The translations under genes were made by a program, and so were the position numbers. From NCBI GenBank assembly GCA_013115125.1, contig JABANN010000402.1:1-32472 (forward strand): 32,472 bases of DNA, written 5' to 3'. Positions 11,488 to 20,345 of the stretch are shown here, piece after piece (the first letter of the stretch is position 1; the number at the start of each line of letters is the position of its first letter). Source of the DNA: Perkinsus olseni (taxonomy: Eukaryota). Under the pieces are notes generated by a model. That model was not told where the DNA came from and ran no database searches. It saw only the letters and a program-made list of their open reading frames with translations.

Positions 11488-12959
11488 ATGATCATATCGT
11501 CTGTACTGCTACTTATCCTCTCCCCCATGGTCGCGGGTCGCTACGTTGCGCGAAGCTTCATAGCCCCCTCGATTGCGATGAAGCTGAACTTCGTAGACGA
11601 CAACGTTGTGTACGAGGTCAGCCACCCTACCAACGGCTACTTGACATCCAAAGGGTTCCCCTTTGTGATGGTGAATACTTCCCTGGTTAGAGTCACCGTA
11701 TCTGACAGTTCACTTCAATCCTTCGAAAGTTTCGCCCGCGGTAAGTTCTCCAAACTAGGCTATACCACCTTCGGGTACGATCTCTCTAAGGACCGTTTGA
11801 CAGTGGTATCAACCGCCGGTTGACAACCGGGGAGGCCTATGAGCTCGTCCACTTCTATTCGCAGGATGACCCTGTCGGCTGCTTTTCTATACCTTCCGGT
11901 AAGTACACTGGAGAAGATGGGAGTCTGTCGGTGACCATGGATTTCGAAGACATTGATGGCAGCAGATCGGTCGATTACCATATTACACGCGGAGGGACTG
12001 AATACAGTCTCGTAGTGAAGCCCGGCTTCCTTATGCCGGGCTCGAGCCTAGTACAAGCGCCACTGTTGAAGGCAGACCTTCTGAGCCTTCAATCCCACTT
12101 TCCTGGCATAGCCGACGACTTCTACTATCAGAATTTGGGATACGATCCAGCCAAAGATACTATCACGCTTCTGCTGGGCAACCCCGACCATATCACCTTG
12201 GTATACGCCCCTCCTACCACAACGTCGCCCCCTTCTTCTACCACAACGCCGCCCTCTTCAGGACAGCCCCTCAAGAAGCCCTTGGGTGCCTACGCTGAAA
12301 GGGACGACCCTGTCTTCCCTCCTATCCCTGCTACGACGGACTTTCTTGAAGGCGACAGAGGTAAGTACCGCCTTTTCCGGAGCCGACCCCGATACTCCTT
12401 CCCGACGGCCATGATAAGCAGATCTCTGATCAAGGTGACCGTGGGAGACGCACACGTGCGTCTATGGAGGGAATCTCAGTCCTATCGCAGCTATTTCGAT
12501 GCAGATAGCTTCGACATGCTCGGTTATGATGCTGCGAGAAACAGCATAAGTCTGATCGGAAAAGGGGAAACTTACGAGCTCTTTCTCGACTCGGACGAAA
12601 CAGAGTATCTTGGCGCCCCTACCAAGCCTTCGGGTGTGTACAAAGCGTCGGTTGGAGCCTTAACTGTGTTACTGGAGTTCTCAGAGGGTAACGGAGGCAG
12701 TCTGGCCCGTTACGAAATCAAGTTCATCGGAAATGAGGTTGCATTCACAGTTGGCTCCCCTTTCGTCATGCTCAGCTCCAGCCTGGTTCAGGTGGATTTA
12801 ACGAGTGATGACCTATCCAGCCTTCACTTCTCGCTACCTGGTCTATCCACGGATAAGTACTACACTACTCTAGGCTACGACTCTGCCAACAACGTCGTCA
12901 CATTCGTGCTGGAGAACTCTCAAGGTGTCGCCTTGATACATCAGCCGAGCGATTCATAG
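11488..12959 (+). pseudogene. Secreted four-repeat protein, paralog 1, frameshifted by a 14-nt insertion (or expressed as a one-repeat product)
   Basis: Signal peptide MIISSVLLLILSPMVAG, then four ~100-110-aa repeats (P.G.Y / M..SLV.V / GYD...D.I.L) with a Pro/Thr linker between repeats 2 and 3. Removing 11816-11829 fuses ORFs 11377-11823 and 11820-12959 and restores STGEAYELV (paralog: STGETYELV). Confidence 0.8.
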
Positions 12960-12979
12960 AGATGTGCCGTGTGTCGGTT

Positions 12980-14251
12980 GATAAGGTTATATCATTTTCC
13001 TATACGAGAAATAATTCTCTACTGGCGAGTATATGATCCAGACTGAGTCAGAGTATCCATATTCATGACCATTCATTGTTGACGTTTGTTGATACTTTTT
13101 ATCCAATATGTCCGTGAGCGTAGAATCGTTCACAGACTCACCTCCACCTCCTCAACTTATATAACACTTCTGGGAAATTGGGTCTGCGTTGAGTTGCGAG
13201 GGCGGGGAAACATCCACAACGAATCCTGGCCCAATATTAGATCAGACATCGCGCTACTAATGGCGTTACTCATAGATTTGAGAGCAACGCTCCTTCAAAG
13301 CTGAAGACGCTCCACACGAACCCACTACAATTGGTTGCAGCAGAACTCCCGTGGTTGACGTCGTCTGAAATCTAGAGCGACAGAGTATTCGGCAATCCAG
13401 CTCCAGCGAGTCCATCTTATCTCAGGCATGATTCATCCTGTGGATTCTCATTAGGAGAATCTCGTATCGCCATTGTGTCCAATCCCCACGAAAACGCCTC
13501 CGCTGAGAGGATTCTAACATTTCTAACAACACTGGACGAGCAGCGAGCTTCATAACACCACCTTCCCCACTCTAGGCTCCCAAGGTACCTAACGAAGGCG
13601 ACGGTATCTTCCGGTTAAAGGAAGGAGTAACGCCAGGATAAGCACTTGCAAAATTGAATAATGGTCGTGATTCGCTCCGCAGCTGCAGCCATAGCCTATG
13701 ACAGGCTCCAGGAGGTGGCGGTGAGGATATTGGGAGATGGGAGGGAGAGAGAGCGCAGCCATCGAACCGTACAGGTGTGTCGGTATTCAAACGACGGATC
13801 TACTCCGCGCAGTGCAAATGCACCGACGACAGTCGCCAGCACCTTTACGACGCTTCGAACGCTTCCCCAATCGCTGGTACCGTTCCCTCGAGCTGGTACC
13901 CCCGTCGGAGGTCCTCCGACAGCATACCGCTCGAGGCCTCAAATGAGGGCACGGTTTTACTCTGATGATGGCCAATTCAATGACTTCGGGGGGAATATTG
14001 ACCATTGGTAACAGGATACGCCGAAGGCCCGAGCGACCTAATTCCTCGGCAAGCTACGATACTAACTGCACCTCTGGAATAGTTAACCTTCCACCCGAAG
14101 GGGCAATCCATCACGGAGTATGTTGCGGCAGTGTTGTCAAGGTAAAGGTGATCCCAAATCAATAATCATTAGAACCCCGGCAATTGCTAGATGGAGCTCC
14201 AGCGAACCCTCATCTTCTGTCAAACCTGACTCGTCGACCCTCACATCATCA
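12980..14251 (-). pseudogene. Decayed gene convergent on paralog 1 (strand favoured, not certain)
   Basis: Blocks 12980-13280 and 14090-14251 align to 19410-19720 and 19775-19936. The minus frame reads DDVRVDESGLTEDEGSLELHLAIAG..TTLPQ..LAEELGRSGLRRILLPMVNIPPEVIELAIIR with stops and a frameshift. Confidence 0.45.
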
Positions 14252-14353
14252 GTGCCTACGCACGAAACAGTTTTGCCCGAGGTCAACTCGTTGGGCCAGT
14301 TCACTCGGCGGTGACGGCCGGCGCACAATGGGACATTAGCTTGGTGTGGGCGC

Positions 14354-14463
14354 GAACTTGCTTTCCCAAAAGCTTAAGTGTACGCCGTAGGCGCTATTTC
14401 GCGCCCCGGGGGTTTGGGCCCCCCGGGCGAGCACGAAAAGCACTTCTAATTCCCCGCAAGTTC
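14354..14463. other. GC-rich nested stem-loop element
   Basis: gaacttgc/gcaagttc outer stem, cgcc-gta-ggcg hairpin, and a long stem gct-a-tttcg..cccggggg-loop-cccccggg..cgaaa-agc (14393-14441). Confidence 0.5.
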
Positions 14464-14883
14464 CCAGAACCTTTGGTATGTTAGGCAAGTGCAATTTGGA
14501 AATTTTGTTCGTCGTTGATCATGTTTAATTCGATATGTACAACAGCTACGAAGCTGAGATTCATACAGCAGGTAGAGGTTGAGAGGCGGATGCTACAGAA
14601 GTTCACCGGGTGGCCGATAGCTACTCGGCTATGGAGTTATTAGCGGATAAGTGATCATGCGCAGGGCATGCGTACAGCCTCGAATGTGCCTGCGTGGGCA
14701 CATGCGTTCAGGTTTCAAAACGCGCTGGCATATTATGAAGTCCCGACGCAGTCGATAATGGTACATACGACGCTGACTGTCAGCGGCTGACACAATCGCA
14801 CTGCAGGTCGTCAGGCTGTGTCATGGCAGTTGTGCTGGCTAGCTCATTCCGTGAGAACATATTGCTTTGGATGGTCATGGGCT

Positions 14884-14925
14884 CACTCAGGGCATGCGTG
14901 CAACCACTCAGGGCATGCGTGCAAC
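14884..14925. repeat. Perfect 21-bp tandem duplication
   Basis: cactcagggcatgcgtgcaac x2. A related cagggcatgcgt lies at ~14662. Confidence 0.95.
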
Positions 14926-16343
14926 CGCTCTGCATCACGGAGTGGAAGCTTGTCAAAGAGCCCAATGTGAGTTACCGAAGCTGATCTCCGGTCCTCTCGG
15001 CCGCAGAGCAAGTGCCTAATCGCTCCCAGCAGTACAAGAGTCGTTCAAACTCAATGTGTGGATCATCCGCAGTGGATGGATCACTAAAGTTGGAATGTGA
15101 GATGATAGTGACAAACAGTTAGTCCCGTGGAGATTAGTTTGCCCCAACGTGATCGGGTTACGATTATACGGCCTGCTACCTCCCCCTATAGTTAAAATCG
15201 TGGATCGATTTTCAACGCAGTCTCTTGTAGAACGTACTAGAACGTTGTAGCCATCTATACGTACACGCAAGCAAAAAGAGGCCGGGAGAGGAGCCATGAC
15301 CCACAGCTCACTGAACCATGCCTCGAGAGGTGACAACAAGTTCCAATGAGCGTTACTAAAAGGAAGACCGAACGGTTCGTATCGGATGAGTATCACACTG
15401 GTTGCGCCCGGGTGTCTGTACCTCGAGTCAAGAGACGTACTGGAGGCAGAAAATGCCTCACCGTGCGTAGTCTCGTCTCTCAGAGGATTAGCGTAGCTCT
15501 CCTCTCGCATGTTCCGCGAAGAAGCGGTACCAACCTGAACCACATATCCTGATCTAGGCTTCGACTTTCCGCTGTGCGCATTGCTGAAGACCCGTCAGGG
15601 CGTGAGATACTAAGTCAGACCTCGGAGGTCGCTGATAATCAGCCTCAACACCAGGTTAGGGCCCGACCGGGGCACCCATGCAGTGGGTCGGTCGGGCCGC
15701 TCAAGAGGCATCGCCCATGAGCCTCTAGCTTCTTCGTGGACCCTTTGGTGATGAAGATCGTGCCTAAGGCACTATGACTCTGTCTCCCTCAGATGCAGTA
15801 CGAGTCGGGAAATTTCTTCGATAAACGCGCATCCCCACGATCAGCTCTGTCAACCGTAAGGCGTGGAAGACGGCTTTTGTTAGTGCTTTCACGAGCACCG
15901 TCTGAAATTCCTCGCTGGTACGGGAATGATGGTCAGTAAACTGCTGCGACCTCTTTAGTTACTTGGGCCAAGTACCGCAAAACTTTCTACTCCCGGTCTC
16001 ATCACCGGTTGGCTTTACCTGGCAGAAAGGTGAGATTTTCATATACAAATCACGAGTCTCGCTGCAATGCTCTTGGTGGTAGGGCTAGTAGGAGGTTCGG
16101 TTGGAGGGCCGAGGTGGGTAGAAAATGTCAGAATCAGGAGTGTAGTAAACCACCCACATACTCTGACGATGTTGCGCGGTCCCCCTCTGCCGTTTAGAGG
16201 CCGCCCATCACGTTGACCGAGGACATGTCGCGCCATGCGAGGTTATCCGGCCCTCGCCCCGATGCCGGGGAGGAAGGGAGCCGGGTAAGCCAGTGTGTTT
16301 ACGGGAAACCCATGAAGTGACGTGTGAAGAATACACCTCGTGT

Positions 16344-17101
16344 AAGTTCTGCTCAAGGCTGAGAAACATGTCATATTGCCAGTTCTCTAGCACGCATGCG
16401 CTGATAAAACGATTGTATGGCGCGCAAATTTGTAAATTACGCTATGGAGCAACTTCTTCGTCCGAACCCCTCTCGAGTGCGGTTTCGCTACAGTCAGATA
16501 TCTCCACGTACTGAGTCATAGTGCACATGAGCTTACGCGACATTCCTCTGGTCCTCCCAGCAGTTTCATATTCCCTTTGTTCAGCCCTATTCCAGTAAGC
16601 CGCACAACCTCAGACACAATGACCGTCATCATTCATAGCGGAGAAGGCGCCTTCCCGAATGAAAACATTCCTGTTGTAGTCTTCTTACTCCTGCGAGGAA
16701 CATAAGGCCAATAGGAACCTGTGAGATGTAAGCTATGGAGAAGCTAATGCCCAGACTACTCTGCACGCATAAACATAGACAGAGCGTCACAATTCCAATA
16801 ACGAAGACAGGGAGCGCACGTGTTCGCTGGGACGAACGCACGTTCAGCGGGCAAAGGCGCACGAAGAGCAAGGTTCGTTACGCAGGAGCAATGGAGGTAG
16901 TTGTCACTATAACTCATGTGCACTGTGACTCATTACGTGAGGATATCTGACTGTAGCGAAACTGCACTCAAGAGAAGTTCGGACGAAGAGGTTGCTTCAT
17001 AGCGCATTCGCCATGTTCGTGCGCCATACACTCGTCTTTCGAGCGCTCGCGTGCTCGAGAACTGTTGATTTGGCATATCTTCTCGGCACCGAGCAGAGCT
17101 T
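16344..17101. mobile_element. Element with ~200-bp inverted arms (candidate internally deleted non-autonomous TIR element)
   Basis: 16344-16545 is the reverse complement of ~16898-17101. The ungapped core 16440-16531 vs 16913-17004 has 10 mismatches in 92 nt. No TSD or transposase seen, so the mobile-element label is inferred. Confidence 0.6.
16528..16640 (+). pseudogene. 5' UTR and first ~7 codons (MTVIIHS) of a third four-repeat paralog
   Basis: gacacaATGaccgtcatcattcata (ATG 16619) vs gacacaATGacggtcatcatccata (ATG 17544). The preceding ~90 nt also align to 17448-17543. Confidence 0.8.
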
Positions 17102-17260
17102 GCGAATGAGGGTGGCAGGGTCTGTCAGACAAACGATGGTGCCAGGCAGGAAAAGCGAGGGTAATTACGCAGGTAAAAACACATCAGTGGTGGGAAACAC
17201 GTGCTGCAAATTACATAAGGTAGGATAAACGTCGTCCTCACGAGGGGGCATTGGGCATGC

Positions 17261-17447
17261 GTGCCAAGATCATACTAAACTCACACTCAATCTTTGTCAT
17301 GCTACTGAACGACGTTCCCGGTCGTACGTTCGAACGTACGTTCACCCCAAATCTACAAAGAGATAAGTTTTCGCTTAACTCCTCCCGATTCTGGTCCTTC
17401 ATTTGAGCCCCGTAGCAAATAGACTGTACCGAGTTATAGTGCACACA
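17261..17447 (+). repeat. Diverged copy of the upstream module/inverted-arm family, containing an 18-bp palindrome
   Basis: gtgccaaga.., ttcg..aac.cctc.cga..ggt and gtaccgagttatagtgcaca align to the arms of 16344-17101. cgtacgttcgaacgtacg lies at 17323-17340. Confidence 0.6.
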
Positions 17448-17543
17448 TTGCGCTCACGCGACTTTCGTCTGGTGTTCCTAAGAGTTTCGCCTTCCCTTAA
17501 TTGAGCCCTATTGTAACAAGCCTATTAAACCAACTCCGACACA

Positions 17544-19095
17544 ATGACGGTCATCATCCATACCATATCGTCTGTGCTCCTACTTCTACTCTGCCGTATG
17601 GTCGAGGGCACTGGTATCGCCAAGCCTTCGGGTCTCTACATTTCGAGGTGCCTCATGCCCTCCTATACAAGGATGAAGCTCCAGTTCACAGACGACAGAG
17701 TGTCGTTCGAGATCCAGCTTCCTGATAGGAGTGTGCCTACCCGTTCGTTCCCTTTTGTAATGGTGGGGACGTCTCTTGTGAGAGCGGCTGTGGACGACGA
17801 TACACTTGACTACTTGCAGGTATTAGTTCCCGGTAGGCTCCCTCGAGAAGGGTATACCATGTTCGGCTACGACCCCTCTGGAGACTATATTTCTGTAATG
17901 TCGACAGGTGAGACTTATGAGCTCGTCACAACCAACAAACACCTGAGGTTTCCATGCAGCCTTAATATACCGGACCCTGGTTATCGAGCCTCATGGTACG
18001 TATTCTGGGAAAGCTAAGCTTGACGGCATAGGCCTGTATGACTCAAATGAATTGTCGGGAACCATGGAGTTCAAAGACATCAACGGCGAGCGCACGATCA
18101 ATTATCATTTCGCACTTGCAGGCAGTGGAGTATCGTCTGAGTATAACCTTCTAGTGAAGCCAACATTACTAATGCAGACCCCTAGACTAGTACAAGTGGA
18201 ACTATTGGAATGGGATGTCTCGGGTATTCAATCCCTCTTTCCTGGTCTATCTAAGGACTTCTTCTATAAGAACTTAGGCTACGATCCTGAAAAAGATATC
18301 ATCACCCTCCTGTTGCGCAACTCCAAACATATCACTCTGGTGAATGTTGCCTCCGCTACCCCAACAACGCCACCGTCTTCGATGCCCACTTTACGGAAGC
18401 CCCGGGGTCGCTACACCAGAAAGAGCCCTCCTACCTCTGTTCAGCTTGAATTCCTCGAGAACGACAAGCTGGTTTTCGAGACCCCCGCCAACAGGGTAGT
18501 CATCGGTAAGAAGAAACACTTTCCCCGGCATGCCACTGTGAGAGTGAGCAGCTCATTAGTCAGAGTGTTGGTGAGCGAGGCGGAGGCACGGCTCTTGGGA
18601 GAGACTGCTCCTGCTGGTGTCCACTTCAAGGCTGAGAGCTTCACCCTGCTCGGCTACGATTCCGCAAAGGAAAGGATAACTATGATTGGAAGAGATGGTG
18701 CTTACGAGTTCTCTGCCGACTTCAACCGGGAGAGTATCGTTACCAGGCCCTCGGGCGTATACAAAGGGCAGAACGGAGCACTTTCTGTGACTATGAGATT
18801 CTTGCAGAGTGACGAAAGCAGTCTCGTCTACTATGATATTCAGCTTGGGCAGCGCTATGCGCCTGGGTCGAGGCAGATCACATTCTCAAGTGGCTCCCCT
18901 TTCGCCATGCTCAGCTCAAGCATCATCGACGTGGATCTCTCAACTTCTGTTCTGTCTGATATTCACTTGACACTACCCGGTGTATCCACGGATCACTACT
19001 ACACTAATCTCGGCTACGATTCTGTTATCAATGTCGTAACGTTCGTGCTGGGGAACTCTCAAGGTATCGACTTGGTATATCAGCCAAGCGACTGA
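17544..19095 (+). CDS. Secreted four-repeat protein, paralog 2; frame changes between repeats 1 and 2 (frameshift or short intron)
   Basis: Signal peptide plus the same four repeats as 11488-12959, with a near-identical C-terminus (YYT.LGYDS..NVVTFVL.NSQG..L..QPSD). The repeat-2 motif EPHGTYSG (~17986) is in the +1 frame relative to ORF 17544-18017. Confidence 0.75.
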
Positions 19096-19289
19096 ATCGC
19101 TGCAACTCATGAAGATGAGCATTGTTATTGATTCCCTTGTTTCAGTCAAGTCGTATGTCACGTCACGTGACTCACGTACCTGGGATAGGCTTCCCAGTAA
19201 AAGATACAATCTGATGAGGAACGCTTTGCGCATGCGTGCTTTACGCTGCGGTTCATTGCCCAATCATTGAGATTATTGTTCTTAATGTC

Positions 19290-19936
19290 TTATCAAGTCA
19301 TCCATCACCCCTATGCCTCCTCCTGTTGCTAAGAAGTCCGCCGGTGTTAACGCTGAATCTCAAGGGTCTAACAGTGCCAACCGCTCAAAGATACGTGAGG
19401 TCTTGGTCCATAGGGTTATATCATTCCCTGATACGCGTGAGTCACGCGTCGCGACCTTTTTCTGCTGGGGAGTATGTGAACTAACCAGAGTACTATGCAT
19501 TACCACTGTTCACCGCATTTTGTTGATACTTTTTCGGGCCAAACGGCCACAGCGGTGGGTATGCTCAGGACATATATTCAGTCTCAGTTTAACCTCAACC
19601 TCTTCTACTCATAGACAACCTTCGAGACAGCAAGTTTGTGTTGGGCCGCGAAGTTTGGGAACCATCCAAGATTGCGAACGGCGACCACATCAAGATTCGA
19701 ACGCTGCAGTACTCATGATTCTAAAAGGGGCGGTTCAACGATGGTGCTCGAGAAGGTATCAGGTCGCTCCATGCGACCCCGGAGAGGCCATCCGCCACAG
19801 AGTCGCTTGCGGAAGCGTTGTCGGGAGTGAAGTGATCCCAAATGAATGAGCAATAGAATCCCCGGCAACTGCAAGATCGAACTCCGGCGGACCCCTCTCT
19901 TCTGTCAAACGTGACTCATCGATCCTCACATCATCA
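19290..19936 (-). pseudogene. Second, internally deleted copy of the decayed convergent gene
   Basis: Aligns to 12980-14251 but lacks ~780 bp (13300-14080). The minus frame DDVRIDESRLTEERGPPEFDLAVAG..TTLPQ matches the first copy. Stops are present. Strand uncertain. Confidence 0.45.
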
Positions 19937-20345
19937 TCAAGTCGAATCGCCCGACAAAGGATCTGCAGCGACCTCCATGGCAGTATCTTTATCTCCTCAG
20001 TCTCACGTGGGACCTAATGGAGGCAAGGGTGTCCTCCAATAGAAGACAACAAGGGACAACTGATGAGCAATATCGGCACACCTTCCGGAACCCAACAATC
20101 GAGGTGTGTAGGGTGCCATGGTCAGCAATTCTGACTCAGCATGCGCCCGGAAGAGGCGGCGAGGGTTTCGGGTAACAGGATGGGAAGAGACCCGAACCAG
20201 ACTGGTCATTCAAATGGGAATTGCCTGACGCTTACATTACATCGCCGCTTCAACAACTCGGCACATGGGGCGGAGATGCGATCAAGTGATCCAAAAAGTC
20301 ACAAAATCATGAAACAAAAATGCAGCAAGTGTGGCAATAGTGATC

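Noticed and set aside
13970-14005. F-box-like motif IPPEVIELAII
   Set aside because: Too short, internal to a decayed frame, and without further F-box consensus.
14323-14333. cacaatgg resembling a Transib terminus
   Set aside because: No matching inward-facing partner or 5-bp TSD found downstream.
15247-15256. gtagccatct matching part of the Perkinsus spliced leader
   Set aside because: Only 10 nt and the flanks do not match, so it is compatible with chance.
15016-15543. 175-aa minus-strand ORF
   Set aside because: Non-ATG start in a eukaryote, no recognisable motif, no convincing exon context.
15769-15780. gcactatgactc as the missing right arm of cassette 1
   Set aside because: The 12-nt match to the arm does not extend on either side.
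19313-19849. 178-aa plus-strand ORF (MPPPVAKK..)
   Set aside because: It reads across a paralog-defined deletion junction and an insertion scar, and the opposite strand gives an equally or more protein-like reading. Not excluded, but not supportable as a gene.
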